A stretch of 64,000 bases of DNA from Lama glama (Eukaryota). Below are positions 52,201-64,000 of the stretch, in pieces. The notes beneath the pieces were generated by a model. It had not been told where the DNA came from, made no database searches, and worked only from the letters and a program-made list of their open reading frames with translations. The translations under genes and the position numbers were made by a program. The stretch covers positions 88,848,001-88,912,000 of the forward strand of contig CM052816.1 of assembly GCA_028534125.1 (NCBI GenBank), given 5' to 3'. Every line of letters begins with the position of its first letter. The stretch's first letter is position 1.

Positions 52201-52671
52201 TAGGAGAAATGACAGTTTTGGAGGAGGTGACTTTTATTTTTATGACATAACTTGGCTTTCAGCATCATTGAACCTCCCAGAACCATCAGCATCAGATTAT
52301 ACCATTGAATGTGGCCCTGGATACAGAAGTAACTTATGCCCACAACTAATTCCATGTTTGAGATGCAGATTTCCAGTATCTTCTGTCCAAGAGAATATCA
52401 TTTCCATGATTCTTCTGTTACATAAGGAATTGGAGGGTTATGTCATCTTCATACCATTTCCTTGTACTTTGTATCAACATATGTCAATATATATGCCACT
52501 TTTGATTATATGTTTAAAAGTTCTAATTCTGTAGTGCAAAATTACTGGTGCTGAATAGCCACCCTAACATCTGAATATATTCCCCTCCTTGGGTATTCAT
52601 GGTGTTGGCTTCCAGGATGCCAATAGCAGTGTTGTACACTGACAAACCCAGCATGTCACCAGGGCTATTGG

Positions 52672-52792
52672 ATTCACTGTTTCACTCAACAAGTACCATG
52701 GGGCCCTGTGATGCTGTCACTGTTCTAGGTGTTGGCGGCATCACAATTTACAAGATAGATACAATTTCTGCCTTCATGGAGCTAATATTCAG
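52672..52792 (-). mobile_element. L2 3'-end fragment
   Basis: 'ttcactcaacaagta...cactgttctaggtgttgg...tctgccttcatggagctaatattc'. Confidence 0.65.
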
Positions 52793-54386
52793 CTCTGCTG
52801 AGATTTTTACACTGACTATTTCTATTCCTCTGGTTGTGAGAACCTTCTTTATTGCACCTGAGACATTTGTTTTAATCATTTTTATTGATGTTATGCACTC
52901 AGAAAGCACCAGACAAAAACACCGCTTGATTGAATAGAACTGATAATAATTTCAGCTTGGCAATCTAGATACTTGCAATTTTTGATTTGCTATTGAACTA
53001 AATTATCCTTTTATCTTTATTTTTTTTTCATTTGTGATTTGTGATTCCCTGAAATCAAAATAGCAAGGATAAAAATAGTCCTTGATGTTTCGAAGCTGAA
53101 AGAAGCTAACAGAATTCAGTTCTCTCAGAGAATTGTCTGGACTCTATTATGCAGGCTTTGAGTTTGGAATCAATGATCAACAATTTGGAATCAATGCATA
53201 ACAATTCAGCTGGTTTTCATGTGAAAAGTATGCTGTGTTCTTTCAAATCAAGACGAGATAATTTATTTTGATTGCTTTCTCTGTTTAGGTCTAATGCCCT
53301 CTTTGGAAGTAAATACACATACATACAAACACAGACACAAACACGTGTGACCCTGTTCCATTTCACACATAAAACAAAGCGCACAGAACCCAGGCGCACA
53401 ATGACAGTGACACTCTGGATACTAATTCTGGTGCTTCTTAGGGCTCCATGACTGTGAAATCAATTAGTTGTGGCTTTGGCTCCATTTCAATGTTAATTTC
53501 ATCAACTGTTTTCCACAAATATAACTGTACCTACTTTTAAAGTTACCAAAAGTATTTTTGGATTTGTAAATTGAGAGAATGGTGCGTTTTGGTCTATATA
53601 TTTCGAAAGTGAAACAAATTTGTAAAAAAAACAACAGCAGCAACAACAGAAAAAACAGAAAGAACGTTTAGCCTTGCCAGGCCCCTATTTCTGTCTTTTA
53701 AGAGATCCCCACGGTTCAGACTCACGGCATGGCATTGGCGGTGTTTTGGGATGGGACTTGTCTAGCTTTCCAGTCTGTTTCAGTCTTCATTCTGTGTGAA
53801 ATGGAACTCTGGAATTGCCTCAGATATACCAAACTCTCAGAACTGTGTCTTTGCACATTGGCGTCCTTTGCCTACACTGTATTTCTCCAGCCTTCATTTC
53901 ACTTCAGCTGCTCTGCTCTGTATGACTCCCCAAACCCCTGTGACCTTGGCATTGTGTTTCACCTGCACACTCACTGAAGGATGTTTAGCCACCTTGATGT
54001 CTATTCAGTGAAGTTTTAACTAATCAAGTCCCCATGAAATCAGTAAACAGAAATACCTTATTTTCAGAAAACTGTATACTCGCTTCTCCCAAGTTTTTGG
54101 AGGATAATAAAGTAGAAAATATCAGAGTGCTATTGGAAATTAATATTTCTCAGCCATAGATTTAGAAAGTTTTAGCTAGCCTGTTGTTGACTCCACCCTG
54201 AAGACTCATTCCTCAGTTCTGCTAAGCCAGAGAAAAGCCCTGTAGAATGCCTGGCTAGTAATGGTTCTCACTATATCCATCTTTTCTTTCCTTTTTATGT
54301 CTCATCAAAGAAAAGAGATCTCATCAATTTTAGGCAGAGCCTTTGAAATGTATTTTGTTGCTCAGAAGTAGACGTCCTAACTCAGT

Positions 54387-54535
54387 TTCTTAAACTTTTT
54401 GTTTCTTAAATTTTTTTTCCTCGGGGGGGAGGTAATTGGGTTTATTTACTATTTTTTTAGAGGAAGGACTGGGGATTGAATCCAGGACCTCATGCATGCT
54501 AAGCATGCACTCTACCACTTGAACTATACCCTCCC
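54387..54535 (-). mobile_element. tRNA(Ala)-derived SINE, camelid vic-1-like
   Basis: Minus strand reads GGGAGGGTATAGTTCAAGTGGTAGAGTGCATGCTTAGCATGCATGAGGTCCTGGATTCAATCCCCAG (A box, AGC anticodon arm, B box), then 'AATTACCTCCCCCCC' and an A-rich tail. Perfect TSD 'cctaactcagt' at 54376-54386 and 54536-54546. Confidence 0.9.
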
Positions 54536-55414
54536 CCTAACTCAGTAAGACAGAACCCCAGATGTGCTGATGGCTTAATTCATACCACTTACCTTTCCCT
54601 ATAGTTAAGAGTCCTTGTCTCAGCCGTGGTACATTATACAGACTCCAAGTGGATCTTTATTATATTAGGTTATAACAATTTATTCCACTATCTTTCCCCA
54701 AAGTTTAAACTCTCCAGCTTAGATTATGTCATATTAATCTTACATCCTCTGGGATCTAATGCTCCATTTTGACTTAGTATTGAGTTTTCTAAAGACGTTT
54801 GTTGAATGAATATCCTACAAGCCTTTTTAATGAATGATAATTCTAGTCCAGAACTTGAATATGGATTATTTACTCCTATTCATTTTATGTATTTAGTACT
54901 CCATTATTTTTGCAAATAGAATATAATTAATGAGGTATATGAAATAGAGAAACAAAAGCTTCTATGTATTTTTAGCAATATAAGAGCACTATTTAGTAGA
55001 TATAACACCTCTGAAATTTTTGACAATATCTACTCTTTCCCTTTTCAATAGACAATGTCCTAATTTTGGAAATGTTCCAAAAGGTATATACTAATTTTCA
55101 AGTATAATTTCCCATGTTATTTTTAATTATATCTGAGGATGGAGATAATATATTGAACACATTGCAGACAGTCAGAGTAGAGTAGGCAAGATATATAGAT
55201 GGAGTAGTTTAAAATCAGATTATTAAAAAAGTGTACATTTTACCTTAGATGATATTTTAGCAATGCCATATTAACAGTGTCACAGTGGTTGATGTAAAAT
55301 TAAATCAGTGGTAAAATGGAGTTGGATCTATTGTAATATCTTCAGATTATTGGTTGCAGTTGATGAAGGTTATAAAATCAACTTAATGATTTTGCACTAA
55401 TGCATTTTAAAAAA

Positions 55415-58315
55415 TTTTAACCTTTTTTATTGAAATATTGTCATTTTACAATGTTGTGTTCATTTCTGGTGTACAGCATAATGTTTCAGTCATACATATA
55501 CATATATATATTCCTTTTAATATTCTGCTTCATTATAGGTTACTATAAGATATGTAATATAGTTCCCTGTGGCATAAAGAAAAACACTTGTTGTTTATTT
55601 CTTTTACGTATAGTAGTTAGTACTGGCAAATTCTGAACTCCCAAAGTTATCCCTTCCCACAGATAACCATAAGTTTATTCTGTATGTCTATTTGAGTCTG
55701 TTTCTGTTTTGTAAATAAGTTCATTTGTGTCTTTTTTTTAATATTCCACATGTAAGTAATGTCATATCTTTCTCTTTCTGGCTTACTTCACTTAGAAAGA
55801 CCATCTCCAGATCAATCCATGTTGCTGCAAATGGCATTATTTTATTCTTTTTTATGGCTGAGTAGTATTCCATCGTATAAATGTACCACAGCTTCTTTAT
55901 CTAGTCATTTGTCGATGAACATTTGGGTTTTTTCCATATCTTGGCTATTATAAATAGTGCTACAATGAACATGGGGATCCATGAGTCTTTTTGAATTATA
56001 GTTTTCTCTAGTTATATGCCTGGGAGTGGGATTGTTGGATCATAGGGTAAGTCTATTTTTAGTTTTTTAAGGAAACTCCATACTGTCCTCCATAGTGTCT
56101 GCACCAATTTAGGTGCAGGAGGGTTCCCTTTTCTTCACATGTTCTCCAGCATTTATTTGTAGACTTTTGAAGAATGGTCATTCTGACTGGCGTGAGGTGA
56201 TACCTCACTGTAGTTTTGATTTGCGTTTCTCTAACAGTGATGTTGAGCATTTTTCATATGCTTGTTGGCTACCTGGATGTCTTCTTTGGAGAAATGTCTG
56301 TTTAGGTCTTCTGCCATTTTTAGATTGGGTTGCTTGTTTTTTTGATATTAAGCTCTATAAGCTGGTTATATATTTTGGAAATTAGTCCCTTGTTGGTCAC
56401 ATCATTTGCAAATATTTTCTCTTATTCCATAGGTTGTCCTTTCATTTTGTTGATAAAGCCTTAGCTCTGCAAAAGCTTTTAAGTTTGGTTAGGTTCCATT
56501 TGTTTATTTTTGCTTTTATTTTCCATTACACTAGGAGCTGGTTTGAAAAATATACATTGCTGCAATTTATGTTGAAGAGTTTTCTGCCTATATTTTCCTC
56601 TAGGAGTTTTATAGTATCTGGTCTTACATTTAACTCTTTAATCCATTTTGAGTTTATTTTTGTATATGGTGTTAGAGAATGTTCTAATTTCAGTCTTTTA
56701 CAGGTAGCTGTCCTTTTTTTCCAGTATCACTTATTGAAGACACTGTCTTTTTTCCATCGTATATTCTTGCCGCTTTTGTCATAGATTAATTGACCATAAG
56801 TACATGGGTTTATTTCTGGACTTTCTGTCCTGTTCCACTGAGTGATATGTCTGTTTTTGTGCCAGTACCATACTGTTTTGATTACTGTAGTTTTGCAATA
56901 CAGTATGAAGTCAAGGAGTGTGATTCTCCCAGCTCTGTTCTTCTTTCTCGATATTGTTCTATTTGGGATTTTCTGTATTTCCACACAAATTATAACTTTT
57001 TTTTGTTCCAGTTCTGTGAAAAATGTCATTGATGATTTGATAGGGATTGCATTCAATGTGTATATTGGCTTGAATAGTATGGCCATTTTAGCAATATTAA
57101 TTCTTCCCATCCAGGAACATGATATATCTTTCCATCAGTTTATGTCATCTTCATTTTTTTTCATCAACGTCCTACAGTTTTTGAAGTACAGGTCCTTTGT
57201 CTTAGGTAGGTTTATTCCTAGGTATTTTATTCTTTTTGATGTGATGGTAAATGGGATTATTTCCTTAATTTTTGTTTCTGCTATTTTTTGTTGGTGTATA
57301 GAAATTCAGCTGATTTCTGTATATTAATTTTGTATCCTGCAACTTTACCAAATTTGTTGATGAGCTCTACTAGTTTTCTGGTCCCTTCTTTAGGATTTTC
57401 TATGTAGAGTATCATGTCATCTGTAAACAGTGACAATTTTACTTCTTCTTTTCCAAATTCGATTCCTTTTATTTCTTGTTTTTCTCTGATTGCCTTGGCT
57501 AGGACTTCCAAAACTAGGTTGAATAAAAGTGGTGAGAGTGAGCATCCTTGTCTTGTACCTGATCTTAGAGGAAATTCTTTCACCTTTTCATCATTGAGTA
57601 TGGTATTAGCTATGGGTTTGTTGTAAATAGCCTTTATTATGTTGAGATGTATTTCCTCTATGCCCATTTTCTGGAAAGTTTTTATCATAAATGGATGTTG
57701 AATTTTATCAACAGCCTTTTCTGCATCTATTGAGATGATCATATGGTTCTTAGTTTTCAATTTGCTAATGCAGTGTATCACATTGATTGAATTGCAGATA
57801 GTGAAAAATTCTTACATCGCTGTTATAAATCCTCCTTGATCATGGTGTATGATCCTTTTAATGAATTGTTGGAGTCAATTTGCTAGAACTTTGTTGAGTA
57901 TTTTTGCATCTATATTTATAAGTGATATTAGCCTGTAATTTTCTTTTTTGTGTGATATATTTGTCTGGTTTTGGTATCAGGGTGATGGTGACCTCACAGA
58001 ATAAGTTCAGAAGTGTTCCTTCCTCTGAAATTTTTTTAGAATTGTTTCAAAAGGATAGGTGTTAACTCTTCTCTAAATGTTTGTTAGAATTCCCTGTGAA
58101 GCCATCTGGTCCTGGATTTTGTTATTGTTCTCGTTTTGGGGAGTTTTTAAATTACTGATTCAATTTCAGTACTGATAATTGGCCTATTCATAGTTTCTAT
58201 TTCTTCCTGGTTCAGTCTTGGCAAATTGTACTTTCCTAAGAAATTGTCCATTTCTTCTAGGTTGTCCTTTCTGTTGGCATGTAGTTACTCATAGCAGCCT
58301 CTTACGATTCCTTGT
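55415..58315 (-). mobile_element. 5'-truncated LINE-1, ~2.9 kb, disrupted ORF2 plus 3' UTR
   Basis: Minus ORFs 57281-57781, 56727-57110 and 56059-56250 are consecutive L1 ORF2 pieces separated by stops or frameshifts. The L1 3' UTR and T-rich tail lie at the low-coordinate end. Confidence 0.98.
57281..57781 (-). pseudogene. L1 ORF2 reverse-transcriptase domain remnant
   Basis: Contains [48 protein letters not shown] (canonical FADD altered to FTDD) and GYKINIQKS. Confidence 0.95.
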
Positions 58316-60481
58316 GTATATATGTTTAACAGCTAAATTTTACTGTGGTCTCTGATTAAACAAGTCTGAAGACTCTTGATTCAAAGGGCCTCCAAAATCC
58401 TTTCAAAGCAAGTATCTACAATTTATGAAGAATATGTCATTATTAGTTTGCAAAAATCTGCCAAAACAGAGTTTCCCAGAGCATGGCTTTGCTTTCCTAT
58501 CATGAAGGTGAGATTTGCTGATCTGAAGTTGTTGATTACCAACAAATATTACAGGTGTTTAGTTTGATGTGATAGTGCTCATAGGTCATACTGACCCATC
58601 AATGTCTTCACCTAAGTCCTGTCTTTGATCAAGTTTGTATGTATTGCTAAAATTAGGAGATAAACGCTAAAAATAAAATTGAGGGTATGGTTCATTAACT
58701 AGGGGAAAAAGTTAAAAACATACAACCAAAAGAGTTTTGATGTTTTGTCATTATCAGTTGAAAATTATTAATTAATAGCAGAAAAAAATAGAATATTGTT
58801 TTAAATGAGAAAGGAAATTGAAATGTATTTCACTACCTTCATTTTACAAATGACTTTGTATATTTTGTTTTTTTGTACTTCCACACATATAGCCTTTAAC
58901 ACAGTGGAGGTTCTATAAATCTGATTAAAGAAATGCGGACTGCTCTAGAAAAGCAGTGTTAGTGACAGAAACAGAAATAGACTGGAATGAAAAGCAGTGC
59001 TAAATGAGCAGAGGAGAATCAGTCTAGACAAGGGAAGATACACCTGTAACAGCCTCCTGCGCATGTCAGTCTCTGATAGCAATTCAGGATAATCATTAAA
59101 AAATTACACTTGAACTGCAATAGTTTTGACTCTGGTACTGGCGTTGTTTTGATCCCACCTTGCTTCAATGCTCCTACTTTCTGCTGGTTAATTTGTTTCC
59201 TTAACCCCTCCTTGTTAGTGTGTGATACATTTACATAAGTATGGATTTATTCATTATCATCTTGCCCAGTTCTAAAAGAGGGCCTTGTTAACTTCATGAA
59301 TGAATCCTGCAATTTATACCAGTTTAACAACAAACTAACTAGTCCTACTCAAGAATATTAGGTATTGTCCAAAGAAGTTTCTTGTGGGTGTGTAGGCACT
59401 TGATGAATTATTTCCTGTCTCCGCCTGCTACGCATTTCTTCCATTTTCAAACAGTTGTTTGTGTCCCATGGATACAAAAGAACTCAGGCATATTTTTTAG
59501 CCCACAAATATCTGATCATAAAATTTATTCCTTGATCCAAGGAAAAAGGAAAATACCTAATTCATGTATAAAGATTATATACCAACATACACTTTTAGCC
59601 TATTTGATTTGTTATGTCAATTCCATGGCTATAGAATTAACAGCAATTTTAAATGTCCCTGCAAACACATGTTCATATTCATTTTATAATGTCAAGAAAT
59701 ACGTTTTAAATCTACGTATATTTCAAATGAGACTTATATTTGCCTTTCACCCTAACATCTTTAAATTTTTTTATACTATATCATCTGTAAACACATCAAC
59801 ACAACAGAATGAGAACATTTCATTGTGTGAATTAATTTTTTTATGCACACAAGAAGTTTTCAGATATATGGCAATTTTACCTGCAAGTAATTGATACGTT
59901 TCCTGCAAGGCTAAAATTTACTCTATTCTCTTAATCCTTTTTCATGGAGCATGAATAAAACTCATCTTTATTCAGAAAAACAAATTAGTAAAGTTATTTT
60001 TTTAGGTACATAAAAAATATCCAAACTAGATTTGAATTGCATTGCTTATGGCAAAACATTCATCTATTTTAAGCTTATTCACTTACAGAACATTGGATTC
60101 AAATGACTACATTTTAAAGTTAGTTTAATCTTGATGAAATTGCCAATATCAGTTTCCATTGTAAACACAGGACCGCTCATACAAAAACACAAAGAAGAAA
60201 CTATTGTTCCATCTTCTCTGAAGTACAGAGTCACTCTAACCATACATAAGAGTATTAATTACTTTAGCCATAAATTATTTAGTTAGAAACTTTCTTAATA
60301 CATGAAACAATTTATCTATAGTAAAAAAAGAATTATATTAATATTTTCTATATTATGTGATAAAATTTTTAAAGAAAATTTATTGTATTGTCACATATTG
60401 TGATTAGGAATTAATTCTTTAAGGCTGTAAGTGGGAAGAGATGGAATAAAAATGTGTCTAATGCAGGATAATATAGTCTTT

Positions 60482-60738
60482 TTTTGAATATATATATATA
60501 TATTTTGTATTGAAGTATAGTCAGTTTACAATGTTGTGTCAATTTCTGGTGTGCAGCATAATGCTTCAGTCATACATGAACAGACATATATTTGTTTTCA
60601 TATTCTTTTTCACCATAAGTTACTACAAGATACTGAATATAGTTCCTTGTGCTATACAGTATGAACTGGTTGTTTATCTATTCTATGTATATTAGCATCT
60701 GCAAATCTCAAACTCCCAGTTTATCCCTTCCCAACCCC
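60482..60738 (-). mobile_element. Short 5'-truncated LINE-1 3' end
   Basis: Same 3' UTR as the copies at 857 and 55415. TSD 'tagtcttt' at 60474-60481 and 60739-60746; the tail has decayed to (TA)n. Confidence 0.93.
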
Positions 60739-62352
60739 TAGTCTTTATATTAAATAAAAGTAACTTCATTGCCATCACCTTTAGTTCAACTATTTAACCT
60801 TGAGTCTTATTTTCATATGTGATTTCAGTCAGAATATCTTGATGTCTTGACATACTACACATATAAACAAGTAACCCTGTTTGTTTATCTAGCAATTTGT
60901 CAGCCATGGACTAAAGATAGATTTCATATCAGCTGGAAATATTTAATTTTCTTTGTCTATTTTTGTTTTGCCTACTCTATATTTAGGCTTATTTTCTATT
61001 TAAATCATCATCATTGTGTTAGAATTAAAGGATTATCATTTTAATGCAAAATTAAATATTTCTTATGGAATAATACTTTATTTTAAATTCCTCTAGGGCT
61101 ACAGTCACCTTCCTTAGGGGCATATTTTGGAGATTATGTAGTCCCTCAGTTTCTTGGCATCACGTTCTTAGAAACAAAGGAAAAATCTGGTTATGTTTTA
61201 AAGCCATAAAAAAATTGCGAGAAAAATTCCAATCACGTTTATATAAAAATACATGTATGTATGTATAAATATATATATATATTCACACACATATACCTAT
61301 ATATTTTTAAGTGAGTACCTATATTAATTATCAGTTTATTTTACGTTGGGTATCTGTTTTCAGGATCAATAAGAATGTAGTGGAAGATCTACAGTGTGTC
61401 ATGCCACTTCTACCAAGAGGTTATGTTTAAAGGTAATAACCACATTTATTTGCATTGGGACAGTGGAAGGAAGTTAAATGAAGAGAGGCTAAGGGGACGT
61501 AAGCTGTTGGGTATGCACAGGGGCGTAATAGCGGGAAGTCTGGTTTCAGTTTCAATTTAAGAATTCATGAATCAAATAATACTTCCCCCTACAATGCAGA
61601 GGCAATGGGAAGGCAAGCTGGATTCCCACAAGAGAATGGAATAATCAATGGGAGCAATTAACAGCAAGTGTTTCTGGCAGTTTGAAATGCCACTTCGCTT
61701 TCTGGAAGTGGAGAGAAATGGATCTATTTCTTTCTCTTTCTCTGGCCTGCAGATATTCATATGTAATAGTACATCAAAGATGGGGAATGATGATTGAAGT
61801 GCCATAAATATATACAATCAAGTATTTGGGTTAGGAGATTAACATCCCAGTTTGGTCTATTGTAGATCATAGGTTTCTACACATAATAGTTAATCTAAAA
61901 TCTTTGAAAACATGGAAGTATTTAGGCTAAACCTAACAAAAAAGCAGTATTAATGATAATACTAATAATGATGACAAAAATAGTTCACAAAAATTATCAT
62001 CTATATAAAGAAGTGATTTCCAAATAAATATACTGTTTGATTTTATCTTTGACCAATCATTAACCACTTGTAAAACTTGTATATGTAGATATTTGTGATA
62101 ATTTATTACCATAGAAATTACCTTTTTTTTTTTTCCTTCTCTGGACTCCCACTCTTGAGATTTAATTTGCATTGTTTGGGAGTTGGGTGGCCGGCTGAGT
62201 CTGTCTCTTCAAATGACCCTTCATCAGGATACACCATGGAGAGTGGTCAGACCCAGGTGTTCTATCAAGATTCCCCTAACTGGAATATCAGCGTGGTTGA
62301 TCTGTTTACCAGAGTGGTTCTGACTGATCAGTCTTTGTGATATCAGACATAG

Positions 62353-62998
62353 TGCTACAACAAACTGGGGCTAGAGAGGATGGGCATGTCCCAGGTCTTG
62401 GTTGAGTCCCTGGGATGTGCCCCACCAAGTGAGCGTCCCGAGCTTTGCAGAAGAAAGAATTCAAGAGCAAGCCATAGTTGAGTGAAAGCAGATTTATCCA
62501 GGGAGATGCACATACAGAGACAGAGTGCAGGCCATCTCAAAAGGCCAGAGAGGCCACTTGGCATGGGGATGGGTGTTTAAAGTAAGAGTAGATACACACT
62601 CCATAGAGAGAGTGTGGGCCGTCTCGGACGGTGAGGGAGTGAGAGGCCGTGAGGTGCAGCATTGCTAGTTTTTATGGGCTTGGTTATTTCATATACTAGC
62701 AAGTGGGGGGATTATTCCAGCCACTTTGAGGAAAGGGCTGGGATTCCCTGGAATTGGGCCACTGCTCACTTTTTGACCTTTTGTGGCTAGCCTTGGAACT
62801 GTCATGGTGCCTGTGGGAGTGCCACTTACACTAATACATTATAATGAGCATATAATGAAGCTCAAGTTCAAATGGAAGTCAAATCTCCTGCCATGTTGGG
62901 CTCAAAGCCTATTGGGAGTTGAGTTTTCTGCCATCTTGGTGCTAATTGCTGTGTCATTCCTTTAATGGCTGTGCCCTGCACCCTTCCTTCCTGTTTCA
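62353..62998 (-). mobile_element. Relatively young ERV1-class solo LTR (~645 bp)
   Basis: Minus strand begins TGAAACAGGAAGGAAGGG and ends ...TGTAGCA. GC-rich, with the U5-like 'aaagaattcaagagcaagcca...gaaagcagatttat' and an internal imperfect repeat ('cagagtgcaggccatctc' / 'gagagtgtgggccgtctc'). Confidence 0.8.
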
Positions 62999-63409
62999 GT
63001 AAGACCTGCCTTGGCCATGCTTGAGCTTGCTAGTTCACACAGGGTAACTAGAGGTTTGCAGCATTAAAACCAATTCTTGTTAGGGAACCAATAATGGTCA
63101 CATTCCTTTATTAAGAACTAATTCTGCCAGAATGTCCCTGATAGACATGAATTTGGGAAGTAGTCATTCATAAACTCCATTGTTCTTGTAGTATATATTT
63201 ACTAACTGCTTTTTATGCATCATATACATACTGTTCTTAGCTGTAGGAATACAGAGGAGAACAAGATAGGTTAATATTTGATCTCCCAGAGCAGCTGAAT
63301 GAAATGGAAACTGATCTGTCAACAAGTGATAATTTTCAGCCACTGTGAATGTCAATATAATAGGCAAAAGTAACAATTAATTTGAATTGCTAATATACTC
63401 TTCATTGCC

Positions 63410-63825
63410 TACAGCAAAATTTGTTTTAGCTGGCTTAAGCAAAACATGACTTTCTTAAAGGGCCTCAGCTTGCTTGGAGAATCCCCAGGAGAGCCGGAGA
63501 AATAGTGCATTGGCTGTTCAGCAGGACCATTGGAAGCCCTCCCGCTGGGCCGCCCTCTACATGATCCAACTGCTTCCGGCCACACACCTGCAGTTCTCAG
63601 CAGGGAATGGGTGCCTAGATGCTTTATAGGGAGTTTTACTCTTCCTTCTCCTGAATGCTTGAGGCTGCTCTGACACACTCGCTACCCTTCCTAATATATT
63701 TATTTCATGAACATTGTCCTTATTCAAACAGCTCTTCTCTAACTGAAAGTCTCAAGCCAGTGGGTCTGATTAGGAGTTAGTAGGTACTTTGCTTATTCCT
63801 GGTAACTAGAAAAGACTGAAGTCAC
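63410..63825 (-). mobile_element. Old MaLR-like LTR
   Basis: 'ttagctggcttaagcaaaa' at the start and 'gggtctgattagg' further in resemble MLT1K/L motifs. Confidence 0.4.
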
Positions 63826-64000
63826 TGAATATAAAACATATTGACAATTCTCCTACCACTCCATTGATTAACTTATGGCATAAATCAGGAGTCATCTATG
63901 ACATCTCCTCTGTGTTCCAGGTAACCTGCTAGCTGCTTGCTTTATCACCAGGTGCACCCTCCTCATTGCCAAGATACTCAGATACCATAAGATATTTTAT

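Noticed and set aside
53163..53205. Short tandem duplication of 'tttggaatcaatg'
   Set aside because: Only two units, consistent with ordinary slippage; not a CRISPR-like or functional array.
54465..54535. tRNA-Ala(AGC)-like sequence as a real tRNA gene
   Set aside because: It continues into a SINE body and A-rich tail bounded by a TSD, and the acceptor stem is imperfect.
56113..57626. Several + strand ORFs of 70-161 aa
   Set aside because: They are antisense shadows of the minus-strand L1 ORF2.
59382..59894. Longest ORF in the track (170 aa)
   Set aside because: Starts at a non-ATG codon, has the F/I/L/Y/N-rich composition expected of random AT-rich DNA, and shows no recognisable domain or splice structure.
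1..64000. Prokaryotic-style systems (CRISPR arrays, operons, defence islands)
   Set aside because: No regularly spaced repeats or gene-dense ORF structure; the repeat content shows this is eutherian nuclear DNA.

Overview
AT-rich, CpG-poor mammalian genomic DNA with no protein-coding gene, RNA gene, CpG island or CRISPR/prokaryotic system that I can recognise. It reads as intergenic or deep-intronic sequence filled with interspersed repeats. These include lineage-specific and older LINE-1 fragments (the longest ~2.9 kb, with reverse-transcriptase remnants), L2 and MIR fossils, MaLR/ERVL/ERV1 solo LTRs, hAT-type DNA transposon fossils (MER5, MER53, MER102-like) and microsatellites. A tRNA(Ala)-derived SINE with a clean 11-bp target-site duplication resembles the camelid vic-1 family, which suggests a camel/llama/alpaca source. 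A 100-N gap at 18331-18430 is flanked by two ~98.6% identical 507-bp copies, probably an assembly artefact. Most ORF-track entries are chance ORFs or repeat-derived; only the L1 ORF2 fragments have recognisable homology. I found no convincing new biological system. The best oddities are small: a MER53 palindrome with apparently co-evolved arms, a miniature 5'-inverted L1, an internally deleted L1, a possible hAT transposase fossil, and a few repeat-free blocks that could be enhancers or exons. Repeat family names come from recalled consensus sequences, boundaries are approximate, and both need RepeatMasker/Dfam confirmation.
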